This document shows positions 28,201 through 40,273 of a stretch of DNA of 64,000 bases, in pieces. A program made the position numbers and the translations under genes. Each line of letters opens with the position of its first letter. Position 1 is the stretch's first letter. This DNA comes from Antedon mediterranea (lineage: Eukaryota; Animalia; Echinodermata). The stretch spans positions 15,642,871 to 15,706,870 of the forward strand of contig NC_092676.1 of assembly GCF_964355755.1 (NCBI RefSeq), read 5' to 3'. The notes under the pieces were generated by a model. That model was not told the origin of the DNA and searched no databases. It was given only the letters and a program-made list of their open reading frames with translations.

Positions 28201-31200
28201 TGTTGGTGCTCCCACTTGAATTCATAGAATGTACCATTATCTTATATGGGTGTTTTATAAAATGTTTATATTGGAGCTCTCTTCTCAGAGAGAATAGGCC
28301 AATGTCAGTTTATCCAAGTAAGCTAGCACTTAAACTACCAACACCATTTTTGTTAGCACTTCAATCATTTGTCAGTCAGAATCCTTGTCATCGAACTTAC
28401 ACCATGTTAATTTCTCTTTTATTCGCTTGATAAAAATGTTAACAGATTCATATGTCAATATGTCACGTCCATTACAACAGTATGTCGCGATCATATAATT
28501 ACAAAAATGTTCTGATACGTACTGCTAAATATTCAGCTTTAGACTTAGGAGATCTAGATTGTCTCTTGGGATCTCTCTCCTCATCCTCCTCCCCAAAGCT
28601 AAATCTTGAATCTAACTTTATCGGAGATGGCTTTTTAATGTAACACTTCCTTTGTTTTGATCTACTTTTACTCCTGTCCTGGTCAGACCGCTCCCTGGGG
28701 ATGGACAGTACATATACAGTACCCTAAGCCAACCAGTCCTGTAGTGTAATACATATACATATAATAAACGTACGTATAATAAATGAGTGGCCTGGGGCAA
28801 GGACGTATCAACCACTCTGGTCCCCATCATTTTGCACCATGTATGCCTCCCCTAGCTACAGCTTTAGAGAACTGCGACCCACTATACTAGGCACATTAGT
28901 TGGCATATACAATGTATCTAGTATATGTATCCCCCAGTCGATAACAATAATCAGCAAGTATCCAAATGCCACAATATTGCATGATTAAATTTACCCGTAA
29001 ATTATCATACATATTAAAGTAATACAATGCACCATGAGTACAATAAAGTTAATAGTTTTCGGGGAGACGAAATCCCTTACAATCGCCCCGATCACTTTGA
29101 GAATGCCAAACTGGCAATCAAGGTTCCCACCTCTCCAAAAAAAAAATGTTGTGATTTAAAAGTTTGAACTTTTGCTCGCATCTTCAATGTTGTGATCTTT
29201 AGGTAGCACTGTAATGGCCTAATAGTTAAAGCAACTAGGCTTACCGTATCAGTCCCACTGTCCTAATAATCACACAAATAGTAGAGCAATACCAAGTAGA
29301 GTTAATAAGCGGTTTTTGTTCTAGGCAAATCAGGCTTTTGTAGCAATTAACGCCCTCGTTTGGCAAGAGGGGTGGTCTGTTCACCCAACGGGCGCTGTTC
29401 ACAGCAATGGATATGTTTCCGCCCACGAGCTAAAATTCATTATATATATATATATATATTTATATAAATCCAATATTTATATTATATATATATTCACCTA
29501 TAATACTACTTTTTAAAAATTGTTTAGGAAAAAGTTTCTGACTTGTTATGGGATGCTGTTACTTCTGATGTTGAATTCAAGCATTTATGTGGCGTGCCAT
29601 ATACTGCATTGCCACTTGCTACAGTAAGTGAACATTTTTATTACTACATTTGATTTTTAACAAACCATTCAGATTTAGAAATTGTCCGAAAAAAAAGGAC
29701 GATGGAGCATGGAGTATTCGACCAAGCATTGAAGAATGTAAAATTGTATATATTTAACATTTTTCCATAGAAAAAGAATATAACTTTAAATACAGGCTCC
29801 TCCACTACTAAACTAACAACTAATTAACTAACAATCCATTATAAAAAAATTTGATTTTAGTGTATGGCTGTGAAATACAATAAACCAATGCTGATTCGTC
29901 GAAAAGAAGCGAAAGATTATGGAACTAAAAAAATGATTGAGGGTGTTTTTGTAGAAGGTGATAAATGTTTGATAGTAGAGGATGTTGTGACAAGTGGTAC
30001 CAGTGTCATGGAAACAGCGCAGGTAAGCTTAAAAATAGACTTGTACCCAGAATTTAAGTGTGTGTGTATATGGAAGGAAAATAATAATAGACTGTTTGTA
30101 ACTAGTATACATCTTTTTATTTGATTACAGAGTTTGGATCAGGTTGGCTTGAAAGTAACCGATGCTGTTGTATTACTTAATAGAGAACAAGGAGGAAAGA
30201 ACATGCTTGCATCTAATGGAATTCAATTACACAGGTAGTAGTTTGTATGTATACACCCATGGGGCAAAATAAGGGATTATAATAGAAAAACAATAGTACT
30301 GTATAACCCATCTATACCCTCTTAACATTCTTATTCTGGTGTTTAGTGTACTAAAGCTATCTCAAGTCAGTAAAATATTAGAGCAAGAAGGAAAGCTTAG
30401 CAAAGAAGTTGTAGATGAAGTTGAACAGTTTATTGTAAAAAATCAGTTTCAAAATGGTGCCGTGGCTTTAAAGAGAAAACAAGAAAATAAAGAAGAGAGT
30501 GAGAAAAAGAAAATTAAACAGGTTAGTAAAAAATACTATATTTTCACTTTCACAGTTTAGAGATGTGATAAAAATGAATGGTGAGATATATAAATGATGT
30601 TACTTTACTTGGGCAATGATAGAATTATACACACCTAGATAAACACAGTTTCCTCTTTGGCGAATTGCATCAGAAATACTACCATCCAGCTTAATAATCT
30701 ACTAGTACTACAGTTGAGTGTGTTGAAAGTATAAGTTTACTTTAAACGTTATTGAAATAAATAGGTGTTAATCTGGGTTAAGCAAGAATTGTAGAAATGA
30801 ATAATTCTTTATTTTGTTCTCAGCGTTTAACATACAAAGATAGGAAGGAAGTGTGTTGTCACATTGTTGCTCAAAAACTACTGGATATCATGGAAAAGAA
30901 ATCAACAAATTTAGCATTTTCAGTCGATGTTACAAAATGCCAGGAAGTTTTAAAGGTAAACTTAACTTTACCATGAAAAAAAATACTGAGAAAAGAATTA
31001 TAGAATAATAAGCAGTGACTCTCCTGCTACGAGCAGACCTCCCAAGTCTACCGCTACTCGCGGTAGACTACCGTTTTTAGTACCCATCTACCGCGCTACC
31101 GCTATAACTACGAGAACAAAAATCTCCTTTGCTTTAGCTTTTCATGAGGTAGGCCTAGGCCTAGTATACATTGTTTGAAAGGTTTGGCGCCTTGGTTAAA

Positions 31201-34200
31201 AAATCAAAACATGAGACGATAATAAAGACAAGAACAAGGTTGCTTATGTCGTGGTTCCAAACAAATAAAGGAGAATACACTTTGATTCTTTCCTTCTATC
31301 CGATTTATTAGTTTCGTATTGTACTCCTGCATCAAATCATTATACAAATCATTTCAAGTACAAGAATTCAAGCCCTGCAAAATATGAATAAACAAATAAC
31401 AAACACTGTATCTAACAGTCAATTATATCAATAAGTAAATAAATGCAACTGCAATCCAACAACGAACAATCACAATATAATACCAAACGTATGACACAGC
31501 ATCAACTTGTGATAACAACTCCTGACTATTATACCTCTGAATCTAAGATAAATATTGTAAATGCAAGTTTCATTAATTGTAATTGTTATAGTTAACATAT
31601 GGTAAATCAGTTGCTTATACATATACAAGTTAAGCTTAGTACTTACAAAATAAGAACATAGCAAGAGCCTTATATGAGAACTGTAACATAGCGAGAGCCT
31701 GAAACACAACGAACAAAAGACCTGCTCTGCTGACGCACGGCCTTATATCACACAGTGTCACCTGTATTCCAATTACAGAATGACTACGCAGCGCCCTCAA
31801 TACTCAATAACTTCCAGATCATTACACTTATACCACTCCCTACTGTTTATTTGCAATTATTATGCGATGAACGAACTTGTTTATTTAATATATACGAGCA
31901 AACCATGCCTGTCTTTCTGCAACCACGCCTTGACACAGTCGGATCTGCATGCACAGCTAACCAATTTTAATAATGATTGAGGGGCAACAGGCTGATCAGT
32001 GGCAACTGCTGCTCCACCCCCAATATGTAGAAAGCACGGAGTGACCTAACCATTTGAACTTAGAGATATACTCTGTATGAGTGTTGTTTAGCTGCTGCAC
32101 TAGTATAGGTGGAAGACTTGACATGTTAAAATAGCTGCTTGCTGTTAATTTCACCTTCACAGATTTTTTATATGCTACAAATCTGTATTTATTTAGTTTT
32201 GCAAACTTTTCAGCTCCATATGAAAAAGAATTGTTAACCTGTAGTAGCAGCAGCCTCGTGTGTTCTGGATTGCTGTGAAAAAATGTTCATTTTGTTTAAA
32301 TGCCTTTACTTTGCCTTGTCCAAACAATGATGATGTTGCATCATTGCATGGATAAATGGAAGATGCTGTTTTGTGCATTTTGGAGTTGGTTTACACTATA
32401 TAATGACATTGGGTTGTAACTATAAAAATGTGCATCGATGGTGTGGCATGTCCTACCAACATTGCTAGCAAATCAGTATCTGTTCCAACAAATACAACTG
32501 CTTTTTCTGGTTCTAAAGTTTCAGCAATTCCAAAGGCTTTAGATACTATTAAAGTATCAGCATCTGACTCTTACTGTAATACATTGATTCCATTCTGTTT
32601 TTCTCAGACAACGTGATTGATGGTGATCCATTATAGCCATCAAACACTAATGGCACCTTTATGGTAATGCTTGAGCACGTAGGCTCTGTATGCCTCGCAT
32701 ACAGCTTGGTATGTTGCTCAGCCAAACTACAGCATGCAGTAAGTAGCTATCATCAATATTAACAAAGGTAGCATTATCCCGACTTATTATTCAGTCCTGC
32801 TCTCGGTAGTCTCAGTCCTTTATCAGAATTCTCAAATCTGTAATTTTTTATTTTTCAAATAATTGCGATCGTTGTCTAAATCAGTAGCGTTCTGCAACCA
32901 CGCTCACTTGTGGCGCAAAATGAGTTTCTAGAATAAGCAATGCTCTCGTATAACAATTTTCGTCTGCTTCTCCTAGTTCCAGTAAAGAATAAAAAATTCT
33001 TTGGCCCTCAGGTCCTAGCGAGTGTAGTAACATAGCCTTCTTACGTTCGACTGACTCACCTGTAGCCGCCGCCGCAGCCAACATGTAGTTCTCGAAGAGA
33101 CGCCGCCATTGTCTCCATGGTATGGTAGGTTCTACTGGCGTGGGTAGAAATGGAACTGGCGCTTCTATCCTTGTAGTCGCCATAATTCATTAATAATAGG
33201 TTTGTTAATGATCCTCGTCGCCAATTATGGTAGAGACAGCAATGAAATGATACTAGAAATAACCAGTGTTTAACGTTTAATAACAGCCTTTTATTCTCAT
33301 TCCCTTTCTCTACTCCTCTACCCATGCGGTCTCCTCTACTACCCTCATCGGCAGACTACCGGATACCACACTGGGGTCATAAACAATCTAAATTCTCACA
33401 ACAAATTACATTGAACTACAGTTTCATTGCAATTGTAGCAATACAATATCATTGCCTATTTTCTACTTGTTTTCTAGTTCTACAGTAGTTTTGTCTAATC
33501 GGAGTTTGTTTACAAAGTTGAACCAATTAATTATATAATATAAATTAAACTGTAATTCTTTTTTCCCCTCTCAACTCAGCTTGCCAAACTTATTGGTCCT
33601 TACATATGTATCCTTAAAACTCATGTGGATATTCTTGAGGATTTTAATCAAGATTTTATCAAGTCTCTTCAAGCCTTAGCAGACAAACATCAATTCTTGT
33701 TATTTGAAGATAGGTAAAATGTCAGATTCAATGTGTACTTTGCTTTATTTGTTCTTCTAGCCTCTTTAAATCAAGCTTTTGATATTAATTGTGTGGTATA
33801 TAATGATGTTATGCATACTCAACTCAACAACAAAATATCCCATTCTCATTATTTATTTCCACATCTAGGAAGAAACATGAATATGTATGATGTTATGCAT
33901 GGACATATCGGTAATCTTCATTTTGAGTTCAGTAATAACTACGGTGAACCTAACCCTCTTATACCCTTTTCACATCTGCAAAAAGTAACAAGTTGTAAAG
34001 CGTGAAGACAATTTCCTGAAAAATCTCCCAAGATTTCTCGGGAGGGGGGTGGGGGAAGTACACCAACGAGAGGCCTGTTTTTTGTTCCGAGATGTATGCA
34101 GGTGTATGCACCCTGCTATCAATCATAGTAATCAAATACGGTTAGCATATGCATGTATGAAAACGTGTAACAAATCGGAAGATCAAACCTGGTTACAATT

Positions 34201-36482
34201 TTTTGTAACAATTTATGCAGATTTAAAAAGGGTATTAGTCTTAATATCACTTCCACACAACAGCATTTATGTTAATAAAGTTAAACCCATGTCATTTCAT
34301 AAGCACAGCTTTACCACCTCATGTGCTCAGATAAAAAAAAATTGCTATTTTAATAATAACATTCTTTGTAGTGTGTCCATGCTTACATCATATGTCATGT
34401 ATATTCAATTAAACAGAGAACTGATAATTTAGCACCTCCATAATTTTTGCCTTTTATTTTACAAATTTGACAATAAAATGCTTTCTAATTCATAATGCAT
34501 TATCCTTTTAAAATTCTGTTACATCTTTCCACATGTTTTTGGACCATAACAATCATTAGTAGTAATGTAAATGGTTTATTTTTAGCTACACAATGAATTG
34601 TTATCCATATACTGTACTATTTATTATTTAGTGCAACATCAATTGGTTTTCCAGTACAATTGTCATTTATTTTTCCATTATAAATCAGAAAATATGGTGA
34701 TATTGGTAACATAGTGAAACTGCAATATGGATCAGGCATGTACAAAACTAGTGAATGGGCTCACATTATTAATGCACATACAGTGCCTGGAGATGGTGTT
34801 GTGAAGGGCTTAAAAGAAATTGGGTTACCAAAGGAAAGAGGATGCCTATTGATTGGTCAAATGAGCTCCAAAGGAAACCTAGCAACAGGCTCGTATACAG
34901 ATGGTAACAATTCAGTATTATTGAAATATTACTAGGGGACAATTGCACAACATGATATCAACCATATCATATTACAATAATCACTCTGTCAATTACAATA
35001 AAAGAGTTCATGAAATAAAGTTCATGATAATGTTTCAAATATATACAAAATTTATTTCAATATTTGTAGTTGTTTTTGTTTTCTAGCATCTGTCTTGATG
35101 GCGGAAAATCATTCAGATTTTGTGTTTGGATTCATTTCAACTTCACAAATCTCACAAAATCCAAAGTTTCTTCACATGACTCCAGGTACAGTAATGTAAA
35201 AAAAGAATTCATTTATGCACTGGCCTTTGTTAGTCCTCAATTGAACCACAGTCCCACCCAACACTTTTCTCTCTCTATCTCTCTCTGTTTTTTTCCTTTA
35301 ATAATTGGTATTGGTTGAAAAGAAAACTTTCATTTTGAAATTGTATTTACTACAAATTCTGAATTCCCAATCCCACAGTCTATGCACTAAAATCTGCTGC
35401 TACTGCATATTGCGGTGTTTACAAACAAAATAGAGGCAAGACAACAGGTGGCGCTGTTGTAGTTCACTGTAATTTGTACACTAGAATTTTTTTCCATCCG
35501 TGAACTTTTTTTTTTTTTCGTATAACGATCGTTTAATAGTGCATACTTTTGCACACCATGTGACCCACAATCGTCCGATCAAAAAGTACTGTAATTATTT
35601 GACAGGTGTAAAAATGGCAGTAGGTAAGGATAATCTTGAACAACAATACTTGACCCCAGAAGAGGTCATAGTCAATAGGGGAAGTGATATAATCATCGTT
35701 GGTAGAGGAATTTATCAGGTAAAGTTTGGTTTTTTTAATGTCTATAAAAGGAGTATAAATTTATGTTCAGACGGCCTCAAATCTGACGTAAAGTTACGTC
35801 AAACATGAAATTATACTTCCGATGAGTGTCCACAAAATGATTAAAGCCTGTTCTCCTGTAGACGTAACGTTACGGTGTGTTGCATTGATTTGCATTGAAT
35901 CTTCCAATCGTTAAAAGATGAAAATAAATAGCAATAACAATGATCGAGCTGGGCCACTAATATTTACACATTTTTACGCAATCGTCATAGTTTCTTGGTT
36001 CTCTCGAGCGTTGCTGGGACACACGGACGTGAAGTGTTTTGAAGCGATTTGTAACGTTAATTTTTACCCCCTTTTCTGTAAAATTGGCGCAACGTTACGT
36101 CGACAGGAAAACAGCCTTAATACAAGGTAAAGACGTCTCAGGAGTAAATTGTCTGTAGTAAGATTGAAGTAACTTAATACAAATAGCGTCTTTATTGGTA
36201 CGACCCAGGGCTTACATTACAAAAACTGCTACTTTATTTTTATGCCTCTATTCCCCTCCCCCCTCCTCCTGGATCTGCTCTTGCCTTTGTAATGTTTCCC
36301 AAGCACATAATTAATCATATAGCTCCATGGTTTAATTTAGGCCTAATTAATTGTTTCTTTGATTGAATTAATATTGATATTGTTTATTGAAATGTTTGTA
36401 TTCACAGGCAGATGATCCAGTTAAAACAGCAATAGCTTACAGAGAGGCTGGATACAATGCATATCTACAAACAATAGTGTAA
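10212..36482 (+). CDS. UMPS: uridine 5'-monophosphate synthase (OPRTase + OMP decarboxylase), 11 coding exons, 483 aa
   Basis: Exons 10212-10358, 29528-29623, 29861-30022, 30131-30234, 30347-30521, 30824-30955, 33580-33713, 34689-34903, 35087-35185, 35606-35718 and 36408-36482 are all GT-AG and phase-compatible (1452 nt). Motifs: [78 protein letters not shown]. Confidence 0.97.
10422..10560. repeat. 15-bp GC-rich tandem repeat (ggacgattcggcccg)
   Basis: About 8 degenerate units shortly after the UMPS exon 1 donor; they produce the spurious FGPGR-repeat ORF. Confidence 0.85.
10700..11090 (-). mobile_element. degenerate non-LTR retrotransposon (RT C-terminal) fragment
   Basis: Minus-strand VLGVIR...[19 protein letters not shown] is typical of a CR1/L2 ORF2 tail. 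Confidence 0.6.
11390..12120 (-). mobile_element. hAT-family transposase C-terminal fragment
   Basis: [20 protein letters not shown] resembles the hAT dimerisation-domain end and is followed by an acidic Ser-rich tail. Degenerate. Confidence 0.45.
13190..14118. repeat. dispersed repeat, copy 1 (copy 2 at ~17300-18347)
   Basis: Blocks 13190-13310, 13330-13730 and 13740-14118 align with 17300-17420, 17545-17930 and 18080-18347. ORFs 13424..13762 and 17552..17887 are near-identical. Confidence 0.85.
14120..14400 (-). mobile_element. internally deleted copy of the 5571-6996 Helitron family
   Basis: Matches 5746-5762 joined to 6730-6995 (ggacatccattagacagtg...tacgtaaattta). Confidence 0.75.
16209..16410 (-). 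mobile_element. pogo/Tc1-mariner DDE_1 transposase fragment
   Basis: [48 protein letters not shown]. Confidence 0.85.
16470..16770 (-). mobile_element. frameshifted Myb/SANT-like (Harbinger partner-type) fragment
   Basis: [35 protein letters not shown] plus [11 protein letters not shown]...[15 protein letters not shown], split across two frames. Confidence 0.7.
17300..18347. repeat. dispersed repeat, copy 2
   Basis: See the 13190-14118 entry. Confidence 0.85.
18540..19300 (-). mobile_element. DIRS/Ngaro-like gag remnant
   Basis: Minus-strand [12 protein letters not shown] and [28 protein letters not shown]...WQLYDRHFR; the W..YD..FR motif is typical of YR-retrotransposon gag. Confidence 0.55.
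19323..19757 (-). mobile_element. Ty3/Gypsy gag (PNMA-like) N-terminal fragment
   Basis: Coiled coil followed by KLELFQGRP...VEDWVADVR...[14 protein letters not shown]...[10 protein letters not shown]. Confidence 0.75.
20791..25195 (-). mobile_element. near-full-length CR1/L2-group LINE: 2A peptide, PHD, APE and RT; one frameshift and one stop
   Basis: ORF 24645-22609 has GDIESNPGP, a PHD (CGKC..CDEC.KWTHIKC..CVEC) and an APE (NTRS, SETW, GDFN, LDHI, SDH). Frameshift at ~22615 and in-frame TAA at 22103-22105. RT motifs [24 protein letters not shown] and KYLG run to 21101. The 3' tail (AATAAA then (GAAA)n) is at ~20791-20817. Confidence 0.93.
25640..25975 (+). mobile_element. non-LTR RT C-terminal fragment with a local tandem duplication (~25527-25690)
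   Basis: [35 protein letters not shown]. Confidence 0.65.
26000..27390 (-). pseudogene. intron-containing Harbinger (HARBI1-like) transposase pseudogene
   Basis: Minus-strand [51 protein letters not shown] and IIGDSAYPL...FNYRL. GT-AG introns at ~26482-26373 and ~26266-26176. Stops and frameshifts present. Confidence 0.85.
31960..32860 (-). mobile_element. Academ-like transposase remnant in UMPS intron 6
   Basis: [42 protein letters not shown], (L)[14 protein letters not shown], and TDQPVAP. Degenerate. Confidence 0.55.
32881..33370 (-). mobile_element. Gypsy LTR retrotransposon 5' remnant: ~145-bp LTR, tRNA-Ser PBS and truncated gag
   Basis: LTR ~33370-33226 (TGTGGTA...TACCATA). PBS TGGCGACGAGGAT at 33223-33211 is complementary to the eukaryotic tRNA-Ser(GCT) 3' end. 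gag reads [21 protein letters not shown]...[13 protein letters not shown]. Confidence 0.85.
35843..36120. mobile_element. Harbinger-type MITE in UMPS intron 10
   Basis: Inverted ends aagcctgttctcctgtagacgtaacgttacg and cgcaacgttacgtcgacaggaaaacagcctt with TAA/TTA flanks. Confidence 0.7.
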
Positions 36483-37109
36483 ACAACAAGTATCAGGCCT
36501 GTGATTTAAAACAATAATGACAACATTGGGTGATGATATGTACAATGTATGGATGTGTTGGGAATTGTGTAAAGTGGTGAAGAGTTAAAATGGCTACCAC
36601 GCATTGATTCTTTTATATGCACTTTATTAGTTTAAATGTTCAGCTATATTTCTTCTGCTGCCAGATTACTGAGTATAATGTATATTTGAGGTTAATTAGA
36701 ATGGGAAACATTTCATTCAACTGTCATTTCATGCTTGAAAATAAAAAATATAGGTAAAACAAAAATAGCATTACATTGGTGGCTTATTTGCTATGCTTTG
36801 GTAGGTAAGGACAGTTGTGGAGATTAAAATAAAAATACTGTAAATACACAAGACATATTCTCTTTTTGTTGCGTTTTAATTTCAATCAATTTTCTAAACA
36901 ATATATTACTGTTCTTAATTGTGCTTTAGCTACACTGTGTACAGTTAGATTTGTATTTGCATTAATACATACTAGCTATAAAGTATTTTATAAACACATT
37001 ACAGTACATTTCATACCAATGACTGTAACAATCAAAATTGTGCATTGTACTTTGATTTTATGAAATTACCCACATCATCAGTATTGTTACATTATGTCTT
37101 CACTACTGA

Positions 37110-38734
37110 TTAGAAATCTTTAGTAGCGCAGTAAATGTACTTTGCAGCGTCATGGAGAGATTCTGTGTCATAGTAATGAAGTAGACGGTCCTTCCATACT
37201 TGCCATGTGTCTGCATCGTTCAGCTTGGGGATTGGTCGATTCAGTAGAGTAATTGGAGTACCAGATTTATAATGCTCAGCAACCCACTGTACAGAATCAC
37301 GAATGCCGTTCTTCTCCGTATTCATCAAGCACTTGCAAACGTTCTGGAAAAAATTATTTAAGCTCAAATAGAATATTTGGTTAAATTGAAAGTATTTAAT
37401 CACGATGTTCTCTTAAAATTGGTCAAATACAAGATTTGGTGAAGTTTTCCTCCAAAATATCAGACTTTTTTCAGCAGTTCAGTACCGTACATACTGTTAC
37501 ATGATGCCCAGATAAAGAAAAGGGGCAAAGTTGGACGATGGATAATTGTTGATATAGCGCGAAAATAAAATGATATATGCTGGTTAAAATTTGTGAAACT
37601 TCAGATTTGTTATGTTCAATATGAAATTCTGGATTAACGAAAAGTAATAGGACGAGTAATAATTTAAGAAAAAAAATCCAGAAAACATAAGATCAATATT
37701 GTCGAACATGAAAACGAAAAACAAAGTATGCATAAGATATAAACCATCATTGTTAGAAGAGATGGTACCTCTTTAGAAAAGACACTTCCCTGCTTTTGCA
37801 AAGAAAAAATAGATGGTACATGGACATCAGGACGTCTAAATTCAAAACGGTTTGTCAGAATAACCACTTTGATTGGACAACCTACAGTACACATATTAGA
37901 ATGTATCAATGATATGAGCTAAATACCGACCTACCGTACTTGGCGATCCATATTGTAGTCACGAGTCGCTATACATGACGCAATCGAATGAATGAAAACA
38001 AAAGTGAAAAAAAGTCAAAGTGAGAAAAGATAGAAATTGTTTGAATACAAGTGTTGGTTCTTACATCCTTTGGAGGGTTCATCTTGACGTTTGCATTAAA
38101 CTCTTCTAGAACTTTGTTCCAAAGATCCCACATGTGGAATGTGTGTACCACTCGTTCAACTGGTGACCAGAATTCTCCAAGACCATCGTCTGATTTGCCA
38201 ACATGGCTCAAGATCATGTCAATAACATTCATTGTTGGTGTGGAAAAGTCGGATCCTGTAAAAATAGTTTGTCGTTATAGCATGTTTTTTCATTGAACAC
38301 TACCCGGTGTCGAGGATTTTTGTTTATTTGTTTCTTATACCTAGTAATTTAAATGGTATCACTAGGTTTTGTTACAGGATATTAGGTCCATGGTCCTGTT
38401 TTTATACTTGGCCGTTTCCAAAGTACTGTACTAAATTAATATTTGTAATGTAAATATACCTACCAGTTGGCTCATCTGGTGCAAAAGGCACAACTTTTTC
38501 TGGTGCAGAGACATTTAGGTTTACGGTTGGTACAGAATTTTTGACCGTAGCTCTTGGATTGAACAACTGGAGACCTTGTACAGTCATAGAATGGACAGCA
38601 TGTGCTATATTCTCGCTGAAGTTATCAGATAAATCCGAATCTAATTTGTTACAGTGCTTCTTGATTTTGACAGTTAAAGAACTGCAAAGAGAAGCACAGA
38701 CCAAAAGACATACTAAACCTGTTAGCTTCGCCAT
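37110..38734 (-). CDS. secreted protein of unknown function, 3 exons, 231 aa, two HxxH motifs
   Basis: Exons 38734-38464, 38255-38065 and 37343-37110 are GT-AG and phase-compatible (696 nt). Signal peptide MAKLTGLVCLLVCASLCSS; motifs NIAHAVHSM and ERVVHTFHMWDLW. Confidence 0.88.
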
Positions 38735-39439
38735 GTTTCGTGTTTCATGTAATGCTAGTGCGTCATGACTTACATTTTAAACATTTTTAATTATCGACGC
38801 TTAGCAGAGATATAAACTTGTTATTGCAATTACATTTTGAGCTACAAATGGTATGGCTATCATTGTAAGCATACCTGTATTTTCATTATCGAGATAGGTA
38901 AATAACCACTTTAAATAACGTGTTATCATAATATCATGCGTTATTATATCATGTGATTGATCACGAGTGGTATGTTATTACGTCATCATGATCAACTTAC
39001 TTATTCGAAAAATTGAATACATAGATATTGTATGACTAGCTCGTGTTTCGTATTCATATAGTGACTTAACTTAAACAGTAGGCCTATTAGAAAAGTAATT
39101 AATACAAAACGAGATACACATCACTGATTGAACATCATGAGAACGAGTTAGCTATCTGATCATCTACCTACGATGGAAACTTAAATGTGTGTGAAAATAT
39201 CACCAGCATACAATATCTTAAGAAATTACTCAAATTCCAATATAGCTAGAAACAAATATATTGTCATGGAAAGAAAGACCATGCATATTCACATGCACCT
39301 GTAACCTAAAGTGCAATAGCCTAAATGTGAGGGATTTGTTTTCTTCTGTTTTTGTTGTGTGCTGTATTGCCCCCCCTCCCGCCGCCCCCCTCTCCCCGTT
39401 CCCAACTAAAGGATCGACGCGGGTCCTGCATAAACAAAG

Positions 39440-39620
39440 CTGCCACTAGAACGTAACGCAAGGACGTAAACGCAACGCAAGCGTTTTAACCAATGACAAG
39501 CGAAGTTATAGACAGTTAGCAATCACAAGCGAATAAGCCATCGCTTGTGATTTGTCAAAAAATTCACTTGCGTTGCGTTACATCCTTGTGTTGCGTCGCT
39601 AGTGTGGGAACCGCGCTTAA
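39440..39620. mobile_element. short palindromic MITE
   Basis: cactagaacgtaacgcaaggacgtaaacgcaacgcaag is inverted relative to cttgcgttgcgttacatccttgtgttgcgtcgctagtg. Confidence 0.7.
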
Positions 39621-40273
39621 GGGTTACATATAGGCAGTCCAGTGTGTTAGTACTTTCCATTTGATAGTGCGCAGCCAATGTGATATGGTGCACTGATTAT
39701 TGAAGGAGTTCAATGGTGCATGCCGATCAATCAATATTACTATTATATTCAGCAGAATGGCTATACAGCTGAATAGACCAGAATAATAGGCAGGTTGAGA
39801 TATGATATGTGCATGTTTTTAAGTTGAGCTTAGTCATTAAATACACTCTTAAGTCTTATCACAGAAAACCGAATACTGTAAATATAACGCGCACGGTTCG
39901 ACTAGGTACCATTTCTTTATAAAGAAAGTGTACCATTATTTACATCATTGAGCATTTATACACCGTGATTGCACTGCGAATGATACAAGTGGATTATATG
40001 CTTAGGTAAGGTAGGTAATATTAGCAGCATTGAGAGAAGTATTAAAAATTAAAGAGAAATCCATGTGTACTCGATCTTTATGCACCAAGATATACTTATA
40101 CGTCAAATATTCCTCTAGGATGACAGTGGCTGTCGATGATTTCTTTTTTTATAATTTGTATTTTAGAAAATTGAATGTATTATCAGTTATTAATTTATTC
40201 TTCTAGGCCTATAGGCTCATCCTGATTGTATGCTATGAGTTATTTAAACGAGTTTTAATATTTTTAGGTAACC

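Noticed and set aside
29200-29260. tRNA genes here and at ~9250-9300, 52830-52900 and 56985-57052
   Set aside because: Only A/B-box-like heads without a full cloverleaf; consistent with SINE-derived sequence.
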